From: an uncultured delta proteobacterium
Lineage (GTDB): Bacteria; Desulfobacterota; RBG-13-43-22
Direction: 5' to 3'
Assembly: GCA_963802945.1 (NCBI GenBank)
Contig: CAWDKY010000015.1
Coordinates: 192,001 to 256,000 of the forward strand
DNA length: 64,000 bases
Below, in pieces: positions 18,996 through 29,505 of the stretch (its first letter is position 1; each line of letters begins with the position of its first letter). Under the pieces are notes generated by a model. It saw only the letters and a list, made by a program, of their open reading frames with translations. It had not been told where the DNA came from and made no database searches. The position numbers and the translations under genes were made by a program.

Positions 18996-19766
18996 TCATT
19001 CAGTATGGTTACTCCGTCCTTTTAGGAGCCTTTGCCGAAGTATTTGGTCCGAGCGGTTCAGGTCAGATCGGTTATTGACCCCCAGGACCTCTTCCGAACT
19101 GGGGTGTAAAAAGACCGAAACAGGTAAATCTTTTTCCCGGGCCATTTGAACCAGATCGGTCAGATAATATTCCTTTTGGCTGTTTTTTCGGGTCAATCTG
19201 GGAAGGGATGAAAAAAGGAACGCGGAATCGAAACAATAAATCCCGCTGTTGATTTCCTGAATCTTCCTTTCCTTCGTTGTGGCATCTTTTTCTTCAACAA
19301 TCTTAAGCACCTTCCCCCGTGGGTCCCTTATTATCCGACCATATCCTTTTGGATCAGCAACGTTAGTGCTGACAAGGGTTAAAACCGCCTTCTCCCGTCT
19401 ATGAACCTTAAGCATTTTTTTCAGGGTTTCTTTCTCGATCAAGGGTACATCGCCATAAAGGACCAGCACCGTGCCCCGAAACGTTTTCATTTCCTTTTGG
19501 GCAAGTTGAAGGGCATGTCCGGTTCCTAATTGTGGAACCTGCTTGACAAAAACCCCTGGCCAATTTTTAAAGACCGCCATAACGTTTTCCGATTGATAAC
19601 CCACAACCAAGAGACCTTTTTGGGGCCTTAAACTTTTAGCCGCGTCCAATACATAACCCAGCATCGGTTTCCCCGCCAAGGGGTGGAGCACCTTCGGAAG
19701 GTCCGATTTCATCCGTGTCCCTTTTCCGGCGGCCAGGATAACCACGGCTAATGGTTTTTTAGTCAT
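18996..19766 (-). CDS. glmU: GlmU uridyltransferase domain only (no acetyltransferase beta-helix)
   Basis: LAAGKGTRMKSDLPKVLH, QLGTGHA, YGDVP, GYGRI, EYYLTD, GVNNR; stops at 256 aa. Confidence 0.85.
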   Translation of the reverse strand: MTKKPLAVVILAAGKGTRMKSDLPKVLHPLAGKPMLGYVLDAAKSLRPQKGLLVVGYQSENVMAVFKNWPGVFVKQVPQLGTGHALQLAQKEMKTFRGTVLVLYGDVPLIEKETLKKMLKVHRREKAVLTLVSTNVADPKGYGRIIRDPRGKVLKIVEEKDATTKERKIQEINSGIYCFDSAFLFSSLPRLTRKNSQKEYYLTDLVQMAREKDLPVSVFLHPSSEEVLGVNNRSDLNRSDQILRQRLLKGRSNHTE

Positions 19767-19965
19767 TGAGATTCAAACCCCTTCTTCTACTCAATTTTAA
19801 CTGGCTATTGGAGAAAAAGGCAAGTTAAAAGACTAAAACCATTTAGAAATAAAGCACATAACCCCGGCTGACTCAACATCCAAGATGACATTATAAACAA
19901 AAAATGATATATGAACTTCAAAGCAGCTTCAAATTTTTATCCTAAGGGTTAGAAAGGAGAACGTC

Positions 19966-20727
19966 ATGGGACGAAAGAATTTAATTAAAAAAAAGAAAAC
20001 TGGATATTTAATCCTTTTCTCAATAATCTTTTGTTTTTCGGCTGTTGTCTGGACTTCTGGGTCACTTGGGGCGACTGAAATTGATTTCAAAAAGATGACT
20101 TCCAACATCCATTGGCTGGGGCATGACAGCTTCCGGATTGATGCCGATGGAGTAGTCATCTATTTTGATCCTTTTCAACTCAAAGAAGGGCCTAAGGCCG
20201 ATCTGATCCTGATTACCCATGATCATTTTGATCATTGTTCGCCGGCCGATGTGGCTAAGATTCAGAAACCCGAAACCGTTATTATTACTGTGGCCCAAGC
20301 CGCGGCCAAACTCAAGGGCCATATCAAGACCGTAAAACCGGGGGAAGCATTAACCGTTAAAGGTATCTCCATAAAAACAATACCGGCCTACAATGTTAAT
20401 AAATTTAGCAGTCCCGGCGTGGCCTTCCATCCCAAAGAATCCGGTTATGTGGGTTTTATCATCACGGTGAAGGGCCAGCGCATTTACCATGCTGGAGATA
20501 CGGACTTCATTCCGGAAATGAAAGGTCTTGGGCCGGACATCGCCCTTCTGCCCGTAAGCGGTATCTATGTCATGACCGCTGAAGAAGCAGCCGAAGCCGC
20601 CACAGCCATTAAGCCTAAACTGGCCATTCCCATGCATGTGGGCGGTCCCATAGGTTCTTTATCCGCTGCCGAACGTTTCAAAGAAAAGGCAAGGGTTCCG
20701 GTGATGGTGATGCCCATAGAAAAATAA
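19966..20727 (+). CDS. MBL-fold metallo-hydrolase with N-terminal signal/anchor
   Basis: WLGHDSF, THDHFDH, YHAGDT, IPMH. Confidence 0.85.
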   Translation: MGRKNLIKKKKTGYLILFSIIFCFSAVVWTSGSLGATEIDFKKMTSNIHWLGHDSFRIDADGVVIYFDPFQLKEGPKADLILITHDHFDHCSPADVAKIQKPETVIITVAQAAAKLKGHIKTVKPGEALTVKGISIKTIPAYNVNKFSSPGVAFHPKESGYVGFIITVKGQRIYHAGDTDFIPEMKGLGPDIALLPVSGIYVMTAEEAAEAATAIKPKLAIPMHVGGPIGSLSAAERFKEKARVPVMVMPIEK

Positions 20728-20896
20728 CTTTTTTATAATTTTAAATAGATTTCAATTCGCCGCAGATCTATTGCAGGTAAAATTGAGGTATGAGGGGCAA
20801 CAGGCAAAATGCAATGGGTAATAGATTACAAGATATTCCTAATTCTCCATGGCCTAAAGCCTGATTTTCCCTTGAATGCATGATCCCTTCCCTGAC

Positions 20897-22111
20897 TTAA
20901 TAAATCACTTCTTCTTTTTCAAGTTCCTCTATTTCTCTCTGGGACAGACCCAGCATTTGACCAAAGACCTCTTCGTTGTGCTCCCCAAGAAGCGGAGAAT
21001 GGCGGTGTATCCGGGCCGGTGTTTCCGAAAGTCGCCAGGGGGGCGTGACCACCCAATCTTTTCCCATCACGGGGTGATCCAAGTGGGAATACACCCCCCT
21101 CTCCTTCAGGTGAGGATCCAGAAAAAGCCCTTTCGAGCTCAAGGAAGGGGCAGAGGCCACACCGGCCTCCTGCAATTTTTGGGTGACTTCATAGTAATCC
21201 TTGTCTTGGGTCCATTGATTGATAATCGTATCCAGTTCCTCCTGGTTCTTAAGGCGGACGTAAAAATTTTTGAATCTCGCATCCTCAATCAATTCCGGCT
21301 TTCCTATAACTCGGCATAAGGCCTGCCATTCCTGATCGGTGGCTACGGCAATACTGACCCAATGATCATCCCCTTGACACCGGTAACAATTATGAGGAGC
21401 CATCCAGTCGTCCTTATTCCCCTTTCGCCCGGGCACCCTGTGGTTCATGAAATAATCCAGCAGCACATCGCCGGCCAAAACCGCAATAGTTTCCTGAGAG
21501 GCCAGGTCGATATATTGCCCCTCACCGGTCCTGTGCCGATAGATCAGTGCGGCCAGGATGGCAAAGGCCGAGGTGGTTGCGCTTCGAAGATCCATGGATC
21601 CCATAAAATTGCTGGGCGGCCAGTCCTCATAACCGGTAATATGACAAAAACCTCCCAGGGCGGCAAAAGTCGGTGCATAACCTACATACTCTCTCTCCGG
21701 CCCGGTTTGTCCGCAAGAGGATGAGGAGATGTAGATCAGATCGGGTTTAATATTCATAAGCACATCATATCCTAATCCGAGCCTGGGAATAACACCGGGC
21801 CTCATGTTTTCCATAACTACATCACTTAAGCCCACCAGCCGTTTGGCGACTTCAATCGCTTTGGGTTTGGACAAGTTCAGTGTGACGCTTTTTTTGTTAA
21901 GATTAAGATTATTAAAAACGGTAGATTCATTCGGGCCTGAAAATCTCGTACCGGTACTGAAGGAAAGATTCCTGGAGTGATCCAGCCTTCTCCGGCTTTC
22001 CACTTTAATGACCTCTGCCCCCAGAAATCCCAGCAAACAGGTGGCATAAGGTCCGGCCCAGGCCGAGGTGAATTCCGTAACCCTAACTCCTTTTAACGGT
22101 CCATGGTTCAT
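20897..22111 (-). CDS. Family III (CaiB/BaiF) CoA-transferase
   Basis: AGPYA..LLGFLGAEVIKVE, NLNKKS, ENMRPG, candidate catalytic Asp in GSMDL, SPLLGEHN. Confidence 0.9.
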   Translation of the reverse strand: MNHGPLKGVRVTEFTSAWAGPYATCLLGFLGAEVIKVESRRRLDHSRNLSFSTGTRFSGPNESTVFNNLNLNKKSVTLNLSKPKAIEVAKRLVGLSDVVMENMRPGVIPRLGLGYDVLMNIKPDLIYISSSSCGQTGPEREYVGYAPTFAALGGFCHITGYEDWPPSNFMGSMDLRSATTSAFAILAALIYRHRTGEGQYIDLASQETIAVLAGDVLLDYFMNHRVPGRKGNKDDWMAPHNCYRCQGDDHWVSIAVATDQEWQALCRVIGKPELIEDARFKNFYVRLKNQEELDTIINQWTQDKDYYEVTQKLQEAGVASAPSLSSKGLFLDPHLKERGVYSHLDHPVMGKDWVVTPPWRLSETPARIHRHSPLLGEHNEEVFGQMLGLSQREIEELEKEEVIY

Positions 22112-22284
22112 CGATACATACTCCTTATTTAAACCCCATCCGGAAATCAAATATCACCGGATGGAACGGTTAGCTGTCAAAACTCATCAATCACCTAAAA
22201 GGTTATCTTGGAGACGGGCTTCCTTCCATCAGAAGGCTGATGGCTGAGTGCACTCATCCGAAAAAATTTCCGGATGAGAACGGT

Positions 22285-23499
22285 TTAGATGACACCTTGG
22301 TTTCTCAGGTTGGAGAGCTCTTCTTTTGAATATCCTAAGCGATCACTATAAATGGCCTCATTGTGCTCACCCAGAAGGGGTGCGGCTTGCACCAGCTTCC
22401 AAGGTGTTTTTGAAAATCGAAATGAAGATGAAGGAAAGGGCATCTTTCCAACCGCAGGGTGCTCCATCTCCACAAAAAAATTCCTGGCCTTAAATTGTTC
22501 CGAATGATAAATATCCTCGGCTGTGTTTACCGGAGCGATGGGGCAACTTAAGGCCTGTCCTTGTCGGAATATCTCTTCCTTGGTATGTTTCATGGTCCAG
22601 GCTATGACCAACGCATTTATTTTTTCGGCGTTCTCTGCTCTGATTAGGGGATCCCGGCACCAATCCTCTTTGGCCCACTCTGGATCGCCGATCAGTTTGA
22701 GCAGAGAATGCCATTGATGTTCTTCGGGGGTGACTACGACCACAAAGCCGTCCTTACAGGGCAAGATACCACCAGGTGTTCGTCTTACCCTCTCACCGCC
22801 CCGGGTCAGGACCACCTGGTCATTGGCAAAGGTAACGCTTTCAACCCGCTGCATGGACATCAGGGCTTCTTGTTTTGAAACTTCGATAAACTGACCTTGT
22901 CCCGTCAGGATCTTCCAATAAAAAGCGGCGGTAACGGCCACCACAGCCACCAGTCCAACGTCAAATCCGCTGCTGTGACCGCCGACCTTGACCGGCGGCC
23001 GCTCCATGTCCAGGGCAGGAATGGGCAGCATATATCCCTGTCCGCTGACATGAACCGTATTGAGCTGATAGGCCTTAAAATCCTTAAATGGACCGCTCCT
23101 TCCGAAGGGAGTAATGGAGATCATAATCAGGCCGGGATTAACGGCCTTCAATTTTTCATAATCCAGACCCAATGCTTCCATCTCCCCCGGCGGCCGGTCC
23201 TCAATAAGCACATCTGTTTTTTCAATCAATTTTTTGAATATTTTTTCCCCTGCAGATTTTTTAGCATCCAGTGTTAGGCCTTTCTTGTTGCTGTTCAGAT
23301 AAAGAAAAAGGCCGCTCTTTTCCTGATGAGGGATGTCGTCCGGAAAAGGACCGCGTCTTCTCGAATCATCGCCGGTGTTGGGCTGTTCGATTTTAAGAAC
23401 ATCGGCACCCATATCGGCTAACAGTTTGGAACAATAAGGTCCGCTGACCATATTGCAATATTCAACAATCTTCATGCCCTCCAGGGCTCTTGGGGTCAT
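22285..23499 (-). CDS. Family III (CaiB/BaiF) CoA-transferase, second subunit
   Basis: SGPYC.KLLADMGADVLKIE, NSNKKG, SITPFGRSGP, APLLGEHN. Confidence 0.9.
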   Translation of the reverse strand: MTPRALEGMKIVEYCNMVSGPYCSKLLADMGADVLKIEQPNTGDDSRRRGPFPDDIPHQEKSGLFLYLNSNKKGLTLDAKKSAGEKIFKKLIEKTDVLIEDRPPGEMEALGLDYEKLKAVNPGLIMISITPFGRSGPFKDFKAYQLNTVHVSGQGYMLPIPALDMERPPVKVGGHSSGFDVGLVAVVAVTAAFYWKILTGQGQFIEVSKQEALMSMQRVESVTFANDQVVLTRGGERVRRTPGGILPCKDGFVVVVTPEEHQWHSLLKLIGDPEWAKEDWCRDPLIRAENAEKINALVIAWTMKHTKEEIFRQGQALSCPIAPVNTAEDIYHSEQFKARNFFVEMEHPAVGKMPFPSSSFRFSKTPWKLVQAAPLLGEHNEAIYSDRLGYSKEELSNLRNQGVI

Positions 23500-23630
23500 T
23501 AACTTCCTCCTTCAAATAAAATGATTTTCAATCATCATCCATTTTATTTCGATCAAGTCTATCCAAGGGATGAGGAGATGATCTTAACAAAAAATGGGAT
23601 TGAAAGGCAATGGGCATCTTTATTTTTTCA

Positions 23631-23660
23631 TTGACTCCTGTCGGCTATCCGTTTTAACTT
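23631..23660 (+). promoter_or_regulatory. Possible sigma70 promoter for the ACD-alpha pair
   Basis: TTGACT, 17-18 bp spacer, weak -10 (TTAACT/TAACTT). Confidence 0.3.
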
Positions 23661-23759
23661 ATAAACTTCTTAAAATAGTCGTGATCCATCATTTCAGGAT
23701 ACGCCTCAAAGGATACCCTTCGATTTCCGAGAAAATTAGTCCATAAAGGGGTGGTTTTA

Positions 23760-25196
23760 ATGTCTGACAGTATCTTAAAGGATTTGCATTATTTATTTCA
23801 TCCTAAAAATATCGCTGTGGTCGGTGCATCACCCAAACCCGACCCCATGATGATGAGTCAAGGGAACAACTATATCAAAGGTTCTATCGATCAAAATTAT
23901 TCAGGAAAAATATTTCCGGTTCATCCCAAGGCCGAGGCGATTCTTGGATTTCCGGCCTATGCTCGGGTTAGGGACATTCCTGATCCAGTGGATCTGGTCA
24001 TCTTTACGATCCCGGCGGAAGCGGCCCTGGAGGTCATGGAGGATTGTGCGGCCAAGGGAGTGAAGTTCGTCCATCTTTATACGGCTGGATTCGGCGAAAC
24101 CGCCCGGATGGACTACGCGGAATTGGAAAAGAAGCTGGTTCAATTGGCCAAACAAAACGGGATCCGTATTGTCGGACCAAACTGTATGGGGATTTACTGT
24201 CCGGAAGGCGGCTTGGCCTTTCAGCCCTTTTTTCCAACGACCACCGGACCCATTGGTTTCTTTTCCCAGAGTGGTCAAATGGCCGGGATGTTTGTCATGA
24301 AATCAGCGGCCCATGGGCTGAGATTCAGCAAGGTGGTCAGCTTTGGAAATGCTCGGGATTTAAAGGCCCACGACTTTTTAAATTATCTGGCCCAGGATGA
24401 AAAGACAAAAATCATCGGATCTTATCTGGAAGGGCTTGATGACGGGAAACCCTTCGTGGAAGCTGCTAAAACAATAACCCGTAAAAAACCTCTGGTCATT
24501 TTTAAAGGGGGGTTGTCCGAAGGGGGAACCAGGGCGGCCATGTCCCACACGGCAGCGATTGCCGGTTCATCTCAAATCTGGCAAGCCCTATGCAGGCAGA
24601 CCGGAATCATTTCCGTATTCTCCTTAGATGAACTGATTTTCACACTCTCCGCCTTACAGAGGCTTCCTTTGCCCATGGGAAAAAACGTGGTCATATTAGG
24701 AGGTGCTGGAGGGGGCAGTGTCACCATGACCGATATTGCCGAGGCTGAAGGTCTGAAGGTTCCGGAGCTTTCCCCCAAGACTATCCGTCAGCTTAAAGAG
24801 ATTGTGCCGCCCGAGGGTACAAGTGTCAAAAACCCTCTCGATGTCGGACGACGTTTTTTCGCTGAGGGAAATTTCACCAAATTTCTGGAATTGTTGAGGG
24901 ACGATCCCTTGGTCGATGCCCTCATTTTCTCCCAGCCGATTGGCATGTTCGTGCGATTTTTAGGCCGGTCTGGATCTAATATGCTTCTGGAAATGACCCT
25001 GGCCGCTCAAAAGACGTTAAAAAAACCGATGCTCCTGGTTATAGAAAAAGATGCCGGATTCGGGGGAGAATCTGTTATTGATGAAGTGATTGAGCGATAT
25101 CATGATGCCAATCTGGCTACCTTCCCGGATTTTCGGTTGGCCGTCAGGATAGCGGGGTATTTGGCTGATTATCAGAATTTTTTAGATCGGCATTAA
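23760..25196 (+). CDS. NDP-forming acyl-CoA synthetase alpha-type (CoA-binding) protein
   Basis: FHPKNIAVVGAS, GPNCMG, SQSG, SHTAAIAGS, NPLD. Confidence 0.88.
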   Translation: MSDSILKDLHYLFHPKNIAVVGASPKPDPMMMSQGNNYIKGSIDQNYSGKIFPVHPKAEAILGFPAYARVRDIPDPVDLVIFTIPAEAALEVMEDCAAKGVKFVHLYTAGFGETARMDYAELEKKLVQLAKQNGIRIVGPNCMGIYCPEGGLAFQPFFPTTTGPIGFFSQSGQMAGMFVMKSAAHGLRFSKVVSFGNARDLKAHDFLNYLAQDEKTKIIGSYLEGLDDGKPFVEAAKTITRKKPLVIFKGGLSEGGTRAAMSHTAAIAGSSQIWQALCRQTGIISVFSLDELIFTLSALQRLPLPMGKNVVILGGAGGGSVTMTDIAEAEGLKVPELSPKTIRQLKEIVPPEGTSVKNPLDVGRRFFAEGNFTKFLELLRDDPLVDALIFSQPIGMFVRFLGRSGSNMLLEMTLAAQKTLKKPMLLVIEKDAGFGGESVIDEVIERYHDANLATFPDFRLAVRIAGYLADYQNFLDRH

Positions 25197-25206
25197 GGAA
25201 ACAGCT

Positions 25207-26642
25207 ATGTCTTTTCAAGAACTGGAAACTATTTTGCACCCGCGTTCAGTGGCCGTTGTCGGCGCTTCTAATAATGCCTTTTCTTTCGGATTCAGCTATT
25301 CTCATCATATGGTGGAATACGGGTTTAAAGGACCGATCTACCTGGTCAATCCCAATCATCCGGAAATTATGGGATTAAAAACCTATCCTAGTGTTAAAGC
25401 GATTCCAGGTACAGTCGACTTCGCCATTTCCTGTGTCAATGCCTCCCAGGTACCTGCTATGCTGGAAGATCTGGCAGAAAAAAACATAAAATGCGTTCAT
25501 TTGTACACCGCCCGTTTCAGTGAAACGGGTCGCCCTGAGGCAGCAGAACTCGAACAAACCGTTCTGAAGCTGGCCCGCAGCAAAGGCATCCGCCTCATCG
25601 GTCCGAATTGCATGGGTGTCTATCACCCCAAGATAGGGCTCTCTTTCGGTTTTAATCTGCCCAAGGATTCCGGGCCCGTCGGCATGATCTCCCAGACCGG
25701 AGGCGGGGCATCGGGATTTGTGCACCTGGCGTCTTTGCGTGGGATAAGATTCAGTAAGGTCATCAGCTATGGCAATGCCCTGGATTTAACCGAATGTGAT
25801 TACCTGGATTATTTTATTGAGGATCCGGAAACCAAAATCATCCTTCTTTATGTCGAGGGTGTTAAAGACGGCCGGCGGTTTTTTGATACCTTGAGACGCG
25901 CCGCCAAAGTCAAACCGGTGATTGTGATGAAAGGCGGCCGGGGGCAGGCTGGATCCCGGATGACCTTTTCTCACACCGCATCTTTGGCCGGTTCATTCCC
26001 AGTGTGGGATGCTATGGTCAAACAAACCGGGGCCGTTTCGGTGGATGACTTTGATGAGCTGATCGACCTGACGGTGGCCTTTAATTTTTTACCGCCCGTA
26101 CGAGGCAAACGGGTAGGCCTGATCGGCGGGGGGGAGGTCCCAGCGTCATTGCCGCCGAAGAGTGCGAAGGATCGGGACTGGAAGTGATCCCTATCCCACA
26201 GGACATGCGTGAAGAACTTAAAGCAAGGGGAGTCACCATCTGGGACTGGATCAGCAATCCGGTGGATCTCTCGATTGTGGGAGGATCAGGGATTACGGAT
26301 ATCGATATGCTTCATCTGATGGCCCAGCACCCGGCATTCGATGTGCTTTTCGCCAATGTCAATGAATGGGTAATCATTACCCTGGCCTCGGATGAAAGAT
26401 TCCTCACCCTAAAGGATATAGTAAAAAATCATATCATCCTGAGAGACTCCTACCCTAAACCATTCGCAGTTATCTTTGGCGAGCGTGGGGTGATCACCAA
26501 GGAATATGATGATTGGCACTGGAAGGTGATTGCCGAATCCCGGGCCGAGCTGATCCAGGCTGGTATGGCCACTTTCCCGACCTTTAGACGGGCGGCAAAG
26601 GCCATTCGCAAGGTCCAGGAGTACTACACCAGGTTAGGTTAA
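25207..26642 (+). CDS. Second ACD alpha-type protein; frameshift in the G7 run near 26130
   Basis: LHPRSVAVVGAS, GPNCMG, SHTASLAGS; adding one G gives GGGGPSVIAAEECE..LEVIP joining ORF 26184..26642 (NPVD). Confidence 0.85.
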
Positions 26643-26782
26643 TTGTGAATGCTTTCCGTTCGAAAGCTATTTGAAAGGTCGCATAAGAATGAATGCCTGA
26701 CTTGGGGCCTCTCCCTGAAGAGCAGATCTCTTTAATGGTAATCCCAATATTTAGGTCTGTCAGCTAAACATCACTAGGGAAA

Positions 26783-26919
26783 ATGATGATTGGCACTGGA
26801 AGGTGATTGCCGAATCCCGCGCTGAGTTGATCAAGGCCGGGATGGCCACCTTCCCGACCTTTAGACGGGCGGCGATGGCCATTCGCAAGGCCCGGGAGTA
26901 CTATTCCAGATTGGTTTAA
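26783..26919 (+). repeat. Diverged duplicate of the last 137 bp (26506-26642) of the upstream ACD-alpha gene
   Basis: Ungapped alignment, 16 substitutions, same TAA position. Confidence 0.9.
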
Positions 26920-27218
26920 TAACTACCCTTCAGCCTTCGGCAAAATTAATTTTTACCACCAAGGAGAAAATGTACTATCAAAAAGGAAATTCTTATCAAA
27001 AATCAGCCTAATGACATGGTGGAATACAATATGGTTGGAATCAAATTGGGAGTTAAGGAATGAAGTTCTTTGAGTCAAAAATACATACCAAAAAAATGGC
27101 CTTTACCCCAAATTTATCCTTGCCACACCAGTTGAAATTTTCTATACTCCATTTAGAAAAAAAGGGTTTTTTTATAACTTTCTTATAATCTTACCTTTTT
27201 TAAAATAAGGAAAAAGTA

Positions 27219-27848
27219 ATGAAATTCAGTCTACTTCCAAAAGAATACCAGTTTTTTGACCTGTTCGACCGGATGTCTATTGATGCAGTCGAAGCGGCCC
27301 GATGCTTTAAGGAATTTGTGACGATCAGGCACCTTTGACGATAAGGCGAACGAGAAAATGCATAGTATTGAAGAGCGTTGTGATGAAACAACCCATGAAA
27401 TCATTGACAAACTGAATAGGACATTTATTACACCCTTTGACCGGGAAGACATCTACTCTTGGCTCATGAATTTGACAGTGTCGTGGACATCATACACGCC
27501 ATGAACAATCGTTTACGCCTCTACAACCTTAACAATACCATCAATGAAGACCTAATCCAATTTGCGGAGCTTATAGAAAAATCGGTTGACTGTCTTTCAA
27601 ACGCGGTAAGAGGTTTGCGTGATCTCAAACAGACCAGTCATATTTCAACCTGCTGCATCGAGGTCAATACCTTAGAAAATCAGGGCGATCAACTGAGGGA
27701 TGCGGTTCTCAGCAAACTTTTTCATAATAGCCTCGACCCTCTTGAAGTCATTAAATGGAAGGATATTTTCATGGATGCGGAAACCGTGCTGGATAAGTGC
27801 GAGGATGTGGCTAATATTGTTGCAGCTATTATGATTAAACAAGGGTAA
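27219..27848 (+). pseudogene. DUF47/PhoU-like phosphate transport regulator, frameshift near 27322
   Basis: MKFSLLPKEYQFFDLF in one frame; IEERCDETTHEIIDKLNRTFITPFDREDI..LENQGD..KWKD..DKCEDVAN in another. Confidence 0.8.
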
Positions 27849-27850
27849 TA

Positions 27851-28836
27851 ATGGAGTGGAGCTTAATATTTCTGATCGTCCTGGCGCTGGCCTTTGATTT
27901 TCTTAACGGCTTTCATGATTCGCAAACTCAATAGCCACTGTTGTCTCGACCAGGGTCCTGACGCCTCGGCAGGCCGTCATCTGGGCTGCGTTTTTTAATT
28001 TTATTGCTGTTTTTTTCTTTCAATTTGCATGTGGCCGGCACGGTCGGTAAGGGAATTATCGATATCTCGGTTATCGATTCCCATATCATTTTTGCGACCC
28101 TTATCGGCGCCTGCCTCTGGGACCTGATGACCTGGTATGTGGGGCTCCCGACAAGTTCTTCCCATGCGCTCATGGGAGGAATGATAGGAGCGGCATTGGT
28201 GAAGGCAGGCACCTCTCCCCTTATCTGGAAGGGCATTCTAACTATAGTAGCCTTTATATTTATCTCTCCGGTTATGGGGCTATTGCTTGGTCTTATATTT
28301 GGTACAGTTGTATATAGGATATTTCAAAAAAAATCTCCGGCCCAAGTTGATCACTGGTTCAGGAAAGGGCAGCTTGTTTCCGCTGCACTCTATAGCCTTG
28401 GACATGGCGGAAATGACGCCCAGAAAACCATGGGCATTATTGCCGGACTTCTTTACAGCGCCGGGAGGCTTGGTCTCAATTTTATATCCCTATCTGGGTT
28501 AGGGTGGCCTGTAACACGGCCATAGCATTCGGTGTCATGGGCGGGGGATGGCGGATTGTAAAAACCATGGGACACAAAGTTACCAAGCTCAAGCCGGTTG
28601 ATGGTTTTTGCGCAGAATCCGCAGCAGCCATCAGCCTGTATTTTGCTTCCTTTATGGGAATCCCGGTCAGCACTACCCATACCATAACCGGATCGATCAT
28701 GGGCGTAGGATCTTTAAGACGATTGACCGCAGTACGCTGGGGATTGGCTGGCAAGATCGCCTGGTCTTGGATTTTGACTATTCCATTCGCGGCCGCGATA
28801 TCGGCGCTGACCTACGCCATAAGTATACGCTTCTAA
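27851..28836 (+). pseudogene. pit: PiT-family inorganic phosphate transporter, frameshifts near 27921 and 28481
   Basis: NGFHDS(A)NSIATVVST, GLPTSSSHAL, HGGNDAQKTMG, GGWRIVKTMG, GIPVSTTH split over three ORF segments. Confidence 0.85.
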
Positions 28837-29049
28837 AAGCCTATCGAGGCCTCTCGTCCTATTTTTATCCTTGACCGTGCCTTTTTCATTCCTTATAAAT
28901 CTTTCCATCAAAAAACAAGTTCTTGCTATCGAAATCCTTTTTCCCCTTAGAGTCCTTGCCAAAGTTATCCACAGGAACAACACTTAAAGAAGACCTCTTG
29001 CTGTCCTACGAATATTATCAAAATCCGGCTAAACTATAGGTGCATTAAA

Positions 29050-29505
29050 TTAATTAAAGGCCCAGAGCTTACTGCCCAGGAAGTTGCTCAAGGTGGTTAT
29101 AGCAATGGCTACCAATTGGGCCAGGACCTTGTGCCAAGTCCAGAAATCGACCAGGATCCACAGAACAACGATGTTAATGATATAACTCATCAAGGTGACC
29201 AGGGCATATTTCAGATACTGATCGCGGACGGCCTTGATTCCCTGGTTGTGAGTTTTAAAAGTCCAGCGGAGGTTCAGGAAAAAATTGCTGGACATGGCAA
29301 TTAGAAAAGAAAAGGTGGCTGAAAGCAGGTAGTGGACATGAAGCAAATAAATAGAACCCGAATAAACAGCCAGATTAACCAATACCCCGCTGCTGCCCAC
29401 CAGAGCGAAACGGATAAACTGATTTCCGGTGTGGCCGCTGGTCATCAGGCTGTTGACCATATAGGTCCAATTGAGTTTCGCCAAGTGTCCCTTGAATCGA
29501 TTCAC
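29050..29505 (-). CDS. GtrA-family membrane protein
   Basis: QFIRFALVG, NFFLNLRWTF, NFLGSKLWAF; four TM helices. Confidence 0.85.
   Translation of the reverse strand: MNRFKGHLAKLNWTYMVNSLMTSGHTGNQFIRFALVGSSGVLVNLAVYSGSIYLLHVHYLLSATFSFLIAMSSNFFLNLRWTFKTHNQGIKAVRDQYLKYALVTLMSYIINIVVLWILVDFWTWHKVLAQLVAIAITTLSNFLGSKLWAFN

Noticed and set aside
26506-26919. Diversity-generating retroelement VR/TR pair
   Set aside because: Mismatches are not adenine-specific, are mostly synonymous, and no reverse transcriptase is present.
27172-27189. Pho box upstream of DUF47-pit (TTATAAC/TTATAAT, 11-bp spacing)
   Set aside because: AT-rich context and poor match to known consensus; cannot be supported without a PWM.
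27336-27338. Selenocysteine TGA in the DUF47 gene
   Set aside because: TAA follows two codons later; a frameshift explains the break.
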